Assembly: GCA_965249575.1 (NCBI GenBank)
Contig: OZ252244.1
Span: 2,240,001-2,304,000 of the forward strand
Direction of reading: 5' to 3'
Length of the DNA stretch: 64,000 bases
DNA from: Gemmatimonadales bacterium
GTDB taxonomy: Bacteria; Gemmatimonadota; Gemmatimonadetes; Gemmatimonadales; GWC2-71-9
Numbering within the stretch: the first letter of the stretch is position 1; each line of letters begins with the position of its first letter. Both the position numbers and the translations under genes were made by a program. The notes under the pieces are model-generated. The model saw only the letters and a program-made list of their open reading frames with translations. It was not told the DNA's origin and made no database searches. Positions 9,066-19,100 of the stretch are shown piece after piece.

Positions 9066-10280
9066 TCACTCGTACCGCAGAGCCACGATCGGGTCCAGGA
9101 GCGATGCCCGGCGAGCTGGCCAGAGGCCGAAAAACACCCCCACCACCGCGCTGAATGCGAAAGCGAGAACGATGGCCGGCGCGGAGATCAATGTATTCCA
9201 ATTCGCAAGGGTCGAAAGTGCAATGGCGCCGCCCGACCCCACCAGGATGCCGAGGATGCCACCCATCACGCAAAGCACAACGGACTCCACCAGGAACTGC
9301 ATGAGGATGTTCTGCCGCGTGGCACCCAGCGCCATGCGCACTCCAATCTCCCGTGTGCGTTCGGTGACCGAAACCAACATGATGTTCATGATGCCGATGC
9401 CGCCTACCAGGAGGCTCACGGCTGCGATGCCTCCGAGCAGGAACGTGAAAGTCTGCGTGGTCTCCTCGAAGGTCGCCAGAAACTCGGCCCGGTTTCTGAT
9501 CTGAAAGTCGTTATCGCCTCCGGGGCGGATCTGGTGCTCGCGCCGGAGCACGCGCTCGATGTCGATCATGGCCAGCCGCACCGAGTCGGGGTGTCCCACC
9601 TCGACGGTGATCGAGTTGAGTCGGTCGGAGCCGAACATCCGGAACTGAGCAGTTTGGAGCGGGATGAGAATCTGCTCGTCCGGGTTCCGCCAGCTCATCT
9701 GCGCACCCTTCGTGTCGAGCACCGCCACGATCTCGTAGTTGCTTCCGCCAATTCCCACTTGCTGGCCGATCATCGCGGCGCCGTTCGCTCCCAGCATCTC
9801 CGGGACGGAATTGCCAAGCACGGCGACACGCCTGCGAGCCGCGTCATCTCCTGCCGTGAATGGCTTGCCCGCGAAGACTTTGTAGTTGTTCACCGATACG
9901 TAGTTCGCTGTCGTGCCGACGACGCTCACGTTGATGTTCTGGTTGCCGTATTTTACCTGGGTGTTTCTCGAAATCTCGGGGACTACGGCCTCGAGCCACG
10001 TGGCGTCTCGCGCGAGCGCCTCGTAGTCGTCGGTCGTCAAGCTGACCCGATTCGCGCTCGCGACCCCGTGAAACCTCGACTGGCCGGGGTAGACGCTGAG
10101 GAGGTTGGTGCCGAGCGCCTCGATCTGTGCCTGCACGGCCTGCCGGGCACCCGTTCCAAGGGCCACCATCGTGATCACGGCGGCGACGCCAATCACGATG
10201 CCCAGCATGGTCAGAAGCGAGCGGAGTTTGTTGGCGCGAATGGCGCCAAGTGCGACGGTGAAGATCTCGCCCAATAGCAT
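9066..10280 (-). CDS. MacB-type ABC transporter permease
   Basis: NKLRSLLTMLGIVIGV; GGIGIMNIMLVSVTERTREIGVRMALGA; DPIVALRYE. Confidence 0.95.
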   Translation of the reverse strand: MLLGEIFTVALGAIRANKLRSLLTMLGIVIGVAAVITMVALGTGARQAVQAQIEALGTNLLSVYPGQSRFHGVASANRVSLTTDDYEALARDATWLEAVVPEISRNTQVKYGNQNINVSVVGTTANYVSVNNYKVFAGKPFTAGDDAARRRVAVLGNSVPEMLGANGAAMIGQQVGIGGSNYEIVAVLDTKGAQMSWRNPDEQILIPLQTAQFRMFGSDRLNSITVEVGHPDSVRLAMIDIERVLRREHQIRPGGDNDFQIRNRAEFLATFEETTQTFTFLLGGIAAVSLLVGGIGIMNIMLVSVTERTREIGVRMALGATRQNILMQFLVESVVLCVMGGILGILVGSGGAIALSTLANWNTLISAPAIVLAFAFSAVVGVFFGLWPARRASLLDPIVALRYE

Positions 10281-10282
10281 CG

Positions 10283-11782
10283 CTACCTCCGTTGCACGCC
10301 TGGTAGTCCGGCGCGTCCCTGGACGCGCTCGCTGAACGCCTGCTGGGAGGCCACCAGGCTCGCGCTCGGAAGCACGAGCACGGTGTCCGACACCGCGAGT
10401 CCCGACACGACCTCTGAGTTGTCGAGGTCTGTGAGCCCCGTTCGGACGGGCACGGCCATCGGCTGCCCATCCCGCACCACGAACACGATGTACTCCCCGC
10501 CGAACGCGGCGTCGGTAGTCCGATTGGCGGCCCGGCGTCCGCCACCACGGCGCCCTCCTCCCCCTCCCCCTCCGCGCAGCTGTCCCATGATTCGGCGCTC
10601 TGCGGCACTCAAGGATTGGGGGCCTCCGCCCCTGCGCATCTTCTGGAACATCCCCTGGACCTGCTCTTCGGTTACCCCCGGCGGGAGCGGCACCTCGTGG
10701 CCCCCGACGGATATGGTTCGCTGGGGTGCTCCGCCGTCTGCTGCCGGTGTGGCGCCGCCGAGCGACGCCTCCCCGTTGTCGTCGCCATCCCGCTTCCGGG
10801 CTGCGGCGAGCTGCTCGCGGACGGCTTCGGGCTCCAGACCGAGCACGCCGGCTGCGGAAGCCACATCGCGCTGAGTTCGCAGTGCGGCGTTCGGTACCGT
10901 GAGTACCCCACTGCGCTCACCGACGTGGATCTCGATCTCCGCGTTCATGCCCGGTTTGAGGAGCCGGTCGTCGTTGGAGATCTTCACCGCCACCGGGAAC
11001 ATCGTGACGTTCTGCTGCACGGTAGCCTGCGGTTCTATCTTCAAAACCTGTCCCCTGAAGGGCCGATTCGGGTACGCATCGACGACGATGGTGACGTCGA
11101 GTCCATGCCTGATTTTGCCGATGTCGGTCTCGTCGACCAGCGCCCGCACTTGCACGGTGTCGAGGTCGGCTATCTTCAAGAGGACCGTCCCGCCACTGAT
11201 GTTGCCCGTCGCTGACGAGATGACCGTTCCCACGTCGATGTTCTTGGTCAGGATGACGCCCCGTGCTGGTGCTCTGACGTCAGTATCCTCGAACGCGATC
11301 TTCGCGTTTTCCAAGGAGCTCTCCGCGCGGATGACGGCGGCCTTGGCGTTTGCGAACTGGAGTTTTGCCGCGTCGAACTCCGTCTCCGTGATCGATTGTG
11401 TACGATGAAGCTCCTCGGCGCGACCGAGCTGGGATTGGGCGTTAGCCAGTTGCGCCTCCGCCACATCCAGGTCCGCCTCCGCCTGCCGCAGGGTGTTCTT
11501 GGGATTCCGAGGATCGACTCGCACGAGCAGCTGGCCGGGGCGCACGACGTCGCCGGTCTCCACTTCCACGGAGATGATCTCACCGGACGCTTTGGATTTG
11601 ACCTCGACCGAGTCTTGAGGTTGCACGCTACCCGCTGCGTTGACCGTGACTATGATGTCCTGCTCGGCGAGCGCCACCATCTGGTAGACCGGTAGGTCCG
11701 GCTCCTCCCCGCACGCGGCGACGAGCAGCAGCCCACCGACACCAACCAGTGCGGATCGAATCGAGCGGTGCGTGCCCTTCAT
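10283..11782 (-). CDS. MacA-type periplasmic adaptor (efflux membrane fusion protein)
   Basis: Lipobox-like [36 protein letters not shown]. Confidence 0.92.
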   Translation of the reverse strand: MKGTHRSIRSALVGVGGLLLVAACGEEPDLPVYQMVALAEQDIIVTVNAAGSVQPQDSVEVKSKASGEIISVEVETGDVVRPGQLLVRVDPRNPKNTLRQAEADLDVAEAQLANAQSQLGRAEELHRTQSITETEFDAAKLQFANAKAAVIRAESSLENAKIAFEDTDVRAPARGVILTKNIDVGTVISSATGNISGGTVLLKIADLDTVQVRALVDETDIGKIRHGLDVTIVVDAYPNRPFRGQVLKIEPQATVQQNVTMFPVAVKISNDDRLLKPGMNAEIEIHVGERSGVLTVPNAALRTQRDVASAAGVLGLEPEAVREQLAAARKRDGDDNGEASLGGATPAADGGAPQRTISVGGHEVPLPPGVTEEQVQGMFQKMRRGGGPQSLSAAERRIMGQLRGGGGGGGRRGGGRRAANRTTDAAFGGEYIVFVVRDGQPMAVPVRTGLTDLDNSEVVSGLAVSDTVLVLPSASLVASQQAFSERVQGRAGLPGVQRR

Positions 11783-12525
11783 GCGGCCTTCCCGGTCAAC
11801 ACGTCGCGCTCTACCTTACCGTCCAGGAGATGTATTTGGCGGCTTGCGTGCGCAGCAATGTCGGTTTCATGAGTGATGAGAATGATGGTCTGTCCCGCGT
11901 CGTGGAGCCCCTCGAAGACTTCCAGGATCTCCTGGCTCGTACCGCTGTCGAGGTTTCCGGTGGGCTCGTCGGCGAGTACGATGCTCGGCTCGTTGACCAG
12001 GGCTCGCGCGATGGCGACCCGTTGTCGCTGTCCACCCGACAGCTCGTTCGGCCGATGCTGCATCCGATCGCTCAGCCCTACCTTGCCGAGGGCACCCTCC
12101 GCACGCTCGCGGCGCTCCTTTGCGGGAACACCGGAATAGACGAGCGGTAGCTCCACGTTATGTAGCGCCGTAGCGCGCGGGAGCAGGTTGAAGGTCTGGA
12201 ACACGAACCCGATTTCCTTGTTTCGGATCCGCGCAAGCGCGTCTTCGTCGAGCTCGCTCACCTTCTGGGAGTTGAGCCAGTACTCCCCGGATGACGGTGT
12301 ATCCAGACAGCCCAGCAGATTCATGAGCGTCGACTTGCCGGAGCCCGATGGGCCCATGATCGCCGTGAACTCGTTGCGCCGGATCTGCACGTCCACCCCG
12401 CTCAGTGCGTGGATGACTTCGGCCCCCAGGTGATAGTCCCGAGTCAGCTTGTGCGTCAGGATGATGATATCGGGCAGCGGCGTGTCGCCTGTATTGAAGT
12501 CCATACGCTCCTTCGTCTCGCTCAT
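11779..12525 (-). CDS. ABC transporter ATP-binding protein (MacB/LolD-type)
   Basis: [32 protein letters not shown]. Confidence 0.96.
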   Translation of the reverse strand: MSETKERMDFNTGDTPLPDIIILTHKLTRDYHLGAEVIHALSGVDVQIRRNEFTAIMGPSGSGKSTLMNLLGCLDTPSSGEYWLNSQKVSELDEDALARIRNKEIGFVFQTFNLLPRATALHNVELPLVYSGVPAKERRERAEGALGKVGLSDRMQHRPNELSGGQRQRVAIARALVNEPSIVLADEPTGNLDSGTSQEILEVFEGLHDAGQTIILITHETDIAAHASRQIHLLDGKVERDVLTGKAA

Positions 12526-13811
12526 AGATCCCGTCCTATCAGGGTCTCGATGCCTGCCTGCGCGACCAGGAAATCGTGTCGTGCCTCGACGGCGTCGACC
12601 GCCACTTGGTCGACGTTCACCTGTGCCGTGAGAACGTCGAGGATGGTGGCTGCACCGAGACGGTAGCGCTCGCGCTGCACGCGCGAGTCTTCCTCGGCGG
12701 CCTCCCGGCTTGCCTCCGCGATTTGGATGCGCGCGCTCGCGGACGCCAGTGCTGCGAACTGCTGCGTGAGTTCCGCGTTCGTCTGCCGGCGCGCGTCGTC
12801 AGCTCGTGCCTCCGCCGCGTCGCGGCTCGCTAGCGAGCGCGCAACCGAGGTCTCTCGTGTGAACCCGTTGAAGATCGGCCACGAGAGCGACAACCGGGCC
12901 GTCCAGGAGTTGTTGAGCTGGTCGACGGCACTCCCCGCCCACGAGTTTGAGTAGCTTGCGGTGACCGTCGGGAAGTACTGCGAGCGGGACACGCCCATCT
13001 GTGCGTGCGCGGCGGCGGCGGTGGCTTCGGCCTGGGCGATCGCGGGCGAATTAAGCAACGCTTCCTGCCGTAGCCCCGCGGTGTCAAGGCTGGGTAATGT
13101 ATACAGTGACGAGTCGCCGAGCGCTCGCACTGGCCCGTCCAGTCCCACCAGTCGCGCGAGGTCCGCCTCAGCCGTCGCCCGCTGCGTTTGGGCGTTCAAT
13201 AGCTGTAACTCCGCGTTGCCAAGCTCGACCCTTCCGCGCAGCGTGTCCGAACGTATGGCGCTGCCGGCGGCCAGTTTCTCTTTCGAGATTTTCAGCTGCT
13301 CCTCACCCCGCTGTACCCGGGTTTCCGCCACCCGTACCAGTTCGTCCGCGGCCACGGCGCTGAAGAAGGCCCGCTTGGTCTGAAGCGCGACCTGGAACCG
13401 TTGATTGACGAGCGCGGCGTCTGCGCTCGTCGCTCCCGCCGAGCTCGCTCGACTCTGGGCGGCCCGGCGAAAGCCATCGAAGATCTGGAGTGAAGCGTTG
13501 AACCCCGCCGAGTACGAAGTCGACGCCCCGTTCACGGTCCGCTGGGTGGCTTGGTCGAAGCGTTGCGAGGAGTTCGTGCTCCAACCCGAGGTCCCGGTGA
13601 GGCTCGGGAGCCAATTGCCGATGGCCTCGCGGCGCTCCGCCTGGGCTAGCAGGACGTCTCCTCGCGCCTGGATGATCGCTGGCTGGGACCGCACCGCCAG
13701 CGAGATTGCCTCTTCGAGCGTCACGCCAGTCACCTGCGCTGCGGTCGCCCGAGGCAACAGGCTGGCGAGCATCGCGATGGCGGTGATGGAGAATCTGGAC
13801 TCAACGTGCAC
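12522..13811 (-). CDS. TolC family outer-membrane efflux protein
   Basis: Signal peptide; [44 protein letters not shown] start inferred. Confidence 0.92.
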   Translation of the reverse strand: MHVESRFSITAIAMLASLLPRATAAQVTGVTLEEAISLAVRSQPAIIQARGDVLLAQAERREAIGNWLPSLTGTSGWSTNSSQRFDQATQRTVNGASTSYSAGFNASLQIFDGFRRAAQSRASSAGATSADAALVNQRFQVALQTKRAFFSAVAADELVRVAETRVQRGEEQLKISKEKLAAGSAIRSDTLRGRVELGNAELQLLNAQTQRATAEADLARLVGLDGPVRALGDSSLYTLPSLDTAGLRQEALLNSPAIAQAEATAAAAHAQMGVSRSQYFPTVTASYSNSWAGSAVDQLNNSWTARLSLSWPIFNGFTRETSVARSLASRDAAEARADDARRQTNAELTQQFAALASASARIQIAEASREAAEEDSRVQRERYRLGAATILDVLTAQVNVDQVAVDAVEARHDFLVAQAGIETLIGRDL

Positions 13812-14202
13812 GGCGGTTTCCCTTCGAACGATTGGATCTCGTACTGTCGCGAAGACCATTCAAGCGGCGGTATTCCGCGCGCTGGCGCTCGTCCAAGAGG
13901 CGCGCGACATCGGCTCGAAGATCTCCCCTGATTGCCTCGAACCGGGGTCGAACCTCGTCCCATACGAAGCGAAGCGCGGCGTGGTGGCGCTCGAAGATCG
14001 CGGACACGGAATCGCGCTGATCCGTCGTGAGGCTCAGCTCTTCCGTCAGCAACGCCGTAAACCGTGCCCGGCGGTCGTCGCTACCGCGGCTTCGGCGCTC
14101 CCCGGTTCCCCAGGCGGCGGTGGCTGCTCCACCCATCACGGCGCCCGCGGCGAACGTCGCCAGCAGGAGGAAAACCGCCCAAAGTTTCGATCGATTGAAC
14201 AT
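13801..14202 (-). CDS. Periplasmic Spy/CpxP/heavy-metal-sensor-like helical protein
   Basis: TM anchor FLLLATFAAGAVMG; ELSLTTDQR..LLDERQRAEY repeat pattern; position in the ECF-TolC operon. Confidence 0.7.
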   Translation of the reverse strand: MFNRSKLWAVFLLLATFAAGAVMGGAATAAWGTGERRSRGSDDRRARFTALLTEELSLTTDQRDSVSAIFERHHAALRFVWDEVRPRFEAIRGDLRADVARLLDERQRAEYRRLNGLRDSTRSNRSKGNRRAR

Positions 14203-14248
14203 CAGGACCACCCTTCCGCTACAACAGCTGTCTCATTCGTTGGTGGTG

Positions 14249-14638
14249 TCATTTGGCCGGCTCCGGAATCTCGCCTACGAGCACCGCTGCGATGTCCACC
14301 TCCGAGAGCGCGCGCGCCGCCAGCAGGGCCGCTGGCGTGACCGTAGCGGCGGCCGATCGGACACCCGCAACGTCCGGGGCGTCCGGCGCCCTCAGGTACT
14401 CACTGAGCCAGACCGTACCCGCTAGCGCCAGGACGACGGCGGCGGCGAGACCGGGCCGCGCCCACGCTCCGAGCACGTCCCACCAGGCCTGCGGATCCGC
14501 CCGCCCAATGTCGCCCCATCGGATCCGCGCGACGATACCGCGGCTGAACTCCTCGTCATCGGGAGCGGATAAGACTTCTTGAAGCGCCGCCCCGAGTTCC
14601 AAGTCGCGCCGGTGATCGAACGGCGACCCGCCGGTCAT
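14249..14638 (-). CDS. Putative anti-sigma factor (single TM)
   Basis: ATGA overlap with the ECF sigma; one hydrophobic helix. Confidence 0.65.
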   Translation of the reverse strand: MTGGSPFDHRRDLELGAALQEVLSAPDDEEFSRGIVARIRWGDIGRADPQAWWDVLGAWARPGLAAAVVLALAGTVWLSEYLRAPDAPDVAGVRSAAATVTPAALLAARALSEVDIAAVLVGEIPEPAK

Positions 14639-15186
14639 CTGGAGTCCGCCCGTGTATCGGCGAGGGAGCCTAAGGCCTCGCGCAGGCGGCGACGTGCGTG
14701 GAAGACGTCGGATCTCACGGTGCCCTCCGGGACGTTTAGAACCTCTGCAATATCACGATGCGCGTAGCCTTCCGCATCGAACATGACGATGGCGACCCGC
14801 TGCCTCTCGGGTAGCTCTGCCAACGCGCGCTCCAACGCGGCTCGGAGCTCACTCCGCTCCGCCACTACATCGGGCCCCGGTCCTCTCGACGACGCGTTGG
14901 CCGGGATCGGTTCGGTCTGCCGCACCTGCCTGCGTCTCCGGCGGTCGGCCGCCGCGTTGGCGACGACCCTCAAAAGCCATGGGCCGAACGGGCGCGTTGG
15001 GTCATACCGCTGCAGTTTCTTGAGCGCGGCGAGCAAGCCGTCCTGTACGGCGTCGTCGCCGTCATGGGGATTCAACAGAATCGCCCTTGCGATGCGCCGT
15101 GCCTGCCCGGCGTAGCGCGAGACCAGGATTCCAAAGGCCTCGCGATCACCCGCGCGCGCCCGCGCGGCGAGCTCAGCGTCGTCCAC
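14635..15186 (-). CDS. ECF (sigma-70 group 4) RNA polymerase sigma factor
   Basis: GDREAFGILV, DDAVQDG, FGPWLLRVVAN, LPERQR, EGTVRSDVFHARRRLR. Confidence 0.95.
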   Translation of the reverse strand: MDDAELAARARAGDREAFGILVSRYAGQARRIARAILLNPHDGDDAVQDGLLAALKKLQRYDPTRPFGPWLLRVVANAAADRRRRRQVRQTEPIPANASSRGPGPDVVAERSELRAALERALAELPERQRVAIVMFDAEGYAHRDIAEVLNVPEGTVRSDVFHARRRLREALGSLADTRADSR

Positions 15187-15193
15187 TTCTGAC

Positions 15194-15221
15194 CTACGCG
15201 GGCACTCTGAGAAACGTTGAA
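15194..15221 (-). promoter_or_regulatory. Candidate ECF autoregulatory promoter (TCAAC-N17-CGTAG)
   Basis: Minus strand TTCAAC gtttctcagagtgcccg CGTAG, 7 nt upstream of the sigma GTG. Confidence 0.45.
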
Positions 15222-15246
15222 GGCGTCGTGGCTCGCTCCCAGGCGA

Positions 15247-16664
15247 TCATGTGGCCTCGCCGTGCCCCCGCCGTCGTTGACGGAACTCCCACGCCGCTCG
15301 AAGCGCGAGCCAGAAACAGCCGAGCGCAAGGATATAGGCCGTCACACGGGGTAGGGGGACGACGAGGGCGGCGGCTCCGAGGGAGCTGAAGACGATCGCC
15401 CCCGCTATCGACCGCCGGGCGCCTCCGGCCACTTGTCGTAGGGCCACCACGGCTTGCTGCGAGCGCTCCCCGCGAGAAGGCCGGTGTCCGGGAACCCGCG
15501 CAGTCGGAGTGGACCGGATCACGGCCGGCGGCAACCGCTGCGCGAGCGCGCCGGGCACCCATCCTGGCGCGCGGAGCACGACTTCGGTCGCGTACCGAAG
15601 ATCGACCCGAAACTGTGCAACCGCCGTGGCCGTAATCGACGCATCTTCGATCAGTACGTCGAGCTCGTAGTTGTTCTGAAAGCTCGAGGCATTCAGGTTG
15701 CTCGATCCGACCTTGAAGAAGTAATGGTCGACGACCACGGTCTTAGCGTGAAGCATCGGTCCTTGCCATTCCCATATGCGCACACCCGCCTCGAGCAATT
15801 CGCGATATCCCACCCTCGTAAACGCTCGAACTGGGGGAAGGTCCGTTCTGCCCGGCACTAAGAGCCTCACATCGACCCCGTCGCGTGCCGCGGCGTTGAG
15901 GGCCGCTACGAGGGACTGGGGCGCCAGTAGGTAGGCGTCGGTAATCCAGAGACGCTCGGCGGCGCTCGCGGCCAGCAACTGGATAGTGCGGAACGTTCGC
16001 GTGCTACCGGGGACTCCGTTGACCACCCTGACCGTGGCGCTGCCGCGCGATTCCGACGGTGGCGCGACTGGCGCTGACGTTGCCTCCCCTCGAGCCGCTT
16101 CCCACACCGGGTGGAAGGTCTGATCGATCATCGAGACGGCCGGCCCCGGACTTCAACCGCGGTGTCCCGCCAGGGCATGCGCTTGCGAGTCTCGTCACCC
16201 GACCACTCGTCTCCAATACACACCCCCCCGACGATCGCCCGGATTCCGTCCGTGCCCACGTATTTTCGGTGGTTCCGGCGCGCGGAACGGATCAGGCGAA
16301 ACGGATTGACAGGGTTGTAAGCACGCACCTCGACACCACGCTGCCTGAGCGCACGCCAGAATCGCCATTCCGTGGCTCGGCACCCGAAGTCGTCATAGAG
16401 GACTCGGACTCGAACTCCTCGCGACGCGGCTTCACCCAGCGCGTGGGCGAACGCGTTCCCCGTGCGGTCGTGACGGATGATGTAATTCTCGAAATGGAGC
16501 CACTTCTCCGCTTCGCCGATTGCCCGCTTCATCGCGGCAAGCGTTTCAGGGCCGTTGGGGAGGTGTGTGACGTCGTGGTCCGGGATTGAGCGGGAGCCCG
16601 AGGTCCGATCCAGCGCCCGCTCGATGCCGGAGGGGGGCAGCCGGTCGACCGCCGGAGACGTCAA
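15247..16664 (-). pseudogene. Phospholipase D / cardiolipin synthase-like protein, apparent -1 frameshift near 16140
   Basis: Two HKD motifs (NHRKYVGTDG, LHAKTVVVD) in different frames joined at WRDTAVEVRG/PAVS; TTG start overlaps the upstream stop. Confidence 0.85.
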
Positions 16665-17236
16665 GGGCTCCCGAGTCCCAGGCGCCCTTCGATCGGCCGA
16701 AGGGCCTCGATAACGAACTGAATGTGGTCGTCCAATGGCGTCCCCAGCTCCTCGGCGCCCTGGCGAACTTCTTCGCGGCTGACGCCCTTCGCGAAGGCCT
16801 TGTCCTTCAGCTTCTTCTGGACGCTCTTGACCTGCAGATCCGCGAGACTCTTCGAGGGTCGCACGAGAGCGCAGGCTACAAGGAATCCGCAAAGCTCGTC
16901 GACCGCGAAGAGGACCCGGGCCATGAGTGTGTCACGCGGAACACCGGTATACGTCGCGTGTCCCAGGATGGCGCGGCACATGGCTTCCGGCAGCCCGCGC
17001 TCCTTCAGCAACTGCACCCCAAATGATGGATGTTCCGCAGTCGGGGAGTGTGCGGCGTTCGGATACCGCTCGTAGTCGAAATCGTGGAGCAGCCCGACCA
17101 AACCCCAGGCGTCTTCGTCGTCTCCGTATTTCGCGGCGTAGGCTCGCATTGCCGCCTCCACCGCATACATGTGTTTGCGCAGTGCTTCGGAAGCCGTGAA
17201 TTCGTGTACCAGCGCCATGGCCTCATCGTGGTTCAT
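16661..17236 (-). CDS. HD-domain hydrolase
   Basis: LRKHMYAVEA, GLLHDFDYE, AILGH, LFAVDELCG; GGAGG RBS. Confidence 0.9.
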   Translation of the reverse strand: MNHDEAMALVHEFTASEALRKHMYAVEAAMRAYAAKYGDDEDAWGLVGLLHDFDYERYPNAAHSPTAEHPSFGVQLLKERGLPEAMCRAILGHATYTGVPRDTLMARVLFAVDELCGFLVACALVRPSKSLADLQVKSVQKKLKDKAFAKGVSREEVRQGAEELGTPLDDHIQFVIEALRPIEGRLGLGSP

Positions 17237-19100
17237 GTGCCGCCTCCGGGGCCCACTGTTCGAGCCAGACCTGGAATGTGAAGATCGTCCAAAGCGCTCG
17301 GGCATGGTTCGCTCGCCGGCCTCGATGTTCCCGCAGTAGTCGGTCAACCGCGGCCGGATCAACCAATCCCTGAGAGTGTAACCGTGCCGGAGCCAACAGC
17401 CGGTCGACCTCGTCTCGCAGCCCGTTGTTTACCCAAGATCCGACCGGTAGGCTGAGGCCCCGCTTACGCCGCCGTGTGATGCTCTGCGGAAGCCACGCGG
17501 CGGCGGCTTGACGCAGCACCCACTTTGTCGTGCCGCCGCGGATCTTGAGGCGGGTGTCCAGAGCGAGCCCAAACTCGGCTACCTCGCGATCAAGATACGG
17601 TGACCGCGCCTCCAATGAAGCTCCCATCGTGGCCCGATCCACCTTAACCAGCAGGTTATCTCGCAGGTACGTCTGGAAATCGAGGAGCATCGCCGCTCCC
17701 GCGGGATCCGAGGGCTCGGATACCCGGCGGCCGATGGGTCGTTCCACCGAGGCTCGGAGGCGTTGGCTCAGCGCCGATTCCGGGAGCCCGGTGCCGAACC
17801 AGGAGATGTGGCGCGTGCGCCAGGGGTGATGTGCGGCGGCAACGAATCGCTTCAGCAAGAACTCCACGGGGACCTTCTGCGTGGACACGGGAAGGGCATT
17901 CACCGCGGTGCCGATCAATCGCCGTGCGTACGGTGGGAGCCGCGTGAAGCTGGACGCCGCGAGGTGGCCGAGGTAGGTAGGGTAGCCGCCAAAGAGCTCG
18001 TCCGCGCCCTCTCCTCCCAAGACGACGCCCACGTGCTTTCTCGCCGTGCGGGCGAGCAGATGTGTGGGTAGGGTCGCGGGGTCCCCCAACGGCTCCGCTG
18101 TCAGGCGAGTGAGGGCATGCAGGGCGAACAGCATCTCGCGCTGGTTGACGAACGCTTCCACGTGATGGGTCCCGAGCTTCGTGACCACGCGCCGCGCGTT
18201 GGCACCTTCGTCGTAACTCCGTTCTCCGAGGCGGACGGTAAACGTGTGGGTGCGCTCCGGGCCGAGCACACGCGCCGCGATGGCTGCGATGAGCGACGAG
18301 TCGACCCCGCCGCTGGTAAACACGCCAACTGGGACGTCGGCCTGCGTCTGCCTGGCGACGGCGTTCTCGAGCAGCGTCCGGAGTCGCGGAACCGCGTCTG
18401 AGGGGCTCACCTCTGGAGCTTGCATGACGAGTCGGGGGTCGAAGTATCGGAACACTTCGTGGCGGCCTGCTGTGAACTCGGTGATGCTACCAGTCTCTGC
18501 CCGCTCGATGCGTGAGAACATCGTATGGGGCTCTGTTACGAAGCCCCGCATCAGAAACGAGTGCGCAGCCATGCCATTGATATCTCGTGCGATGGTTGGA
18601 TGTTCGAGCAACGCCTGTATCTCAGACGCGAACCACACCTCGTTCTGATCTCGGAGATAGAACAGCGGCTTTTCCCCTACTCGGTCACGAGCCAGGGCAA
18701 GCGTCCGGCGTCTTCCGTCCCAGCAGGCAATCGCGAACATCCCTTCGAGATCGGCGAGCCCCTGAAGTCCCTTCGAGAGGTACAGCGGGAGGATGACCTC
18801 GACGTCTGACCGCGACCGCAGTCGGTAGCGCGGGAAGCGGCTCCGGAGGTCCGGGGCATTGTAGACTTGGCCGTTGCAGGCAATCCAAACGTCTGACAGG
18901 CTCTCGGCAAACGGTTGGTCTGCGCGGCTGTGGAGGTCAACGATGCGGAGGCGCTCGACACCGAACGCGGCGTGCGTGGATTGTCTGACCCCATGCCCGT
19001 CAGGGCCCCGGTGCCGGAGTTTCGCGCCCATGCGTTCCAACCGATCGGGATACCGCAGCGGGCGGCTGTCCAACGAGACCATCCCGTAGATGCCGCACAT
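17223..19100 (-). CDS. asnB: Asparagine synthase-like glutamine-hydrolysing amidotransferase
   Basis: N-terminal MCGI, HRGPD, RDRVGEKPL, SGGVDSS, GEGADELFGGY. Confidence 0.93.
   Translation of the reverse strand: MCGIYGMVSLDSRPLRYPDRLERMGAKLRHRGPDGHGVRQSTHAAFGVERLRIVDLHSRADQPFAESLSDVWIACNGQVYNAPDLRSRFPRYRLRSRSDVEVILPLYLSKGLQGLADLEGMFAIACWDGRRRTLALARDRVGEKPLFYLRDQNEVWFASEIQALLEHPTIARDINGMAAHSFLMRGFVTEPHTMFSRIERAETGSITEFTAGRHEVFRYFDPRLVMQAPEVSPSDAVPRLRTLLENAVARQTQADVPVGVFTSGGVDSSLIAAIAARVLGPERTHTFTVRLGERSYDEGANARRVVTKLGTHHVEAFVNQREMLFALHALTRLTAEPLGDPATLPTHLLARTARKHVGVVLGGEGADELFGGYPTYLGHLAASSFTRLPPYARRLIGTAVNALPVSTQKVPVEFLLKRFVAAAHHPWRTRHISWFGTGLPESALSQRLRASVERPIGRRVSEPSDPAGAAMLLDFQTYLRDNLLVKVDRATMGASLEARSPYLDREVAEFGLALDTRLKIRGGTTKWVLRQAAAAWLPQSITRRRKRGLSLPVGSWVNNGLRDEVDRLLAPARLHSQGLVDPAAVDRLLREHRGRRANHARALWTIFTFQVWLEQWAPEAAHEPR

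Noticed and set aside
8928..10277. 449-aa plus-strand ORF
   Set aside because: Antisense to the clear MacB permease; typical high-GC shadow.
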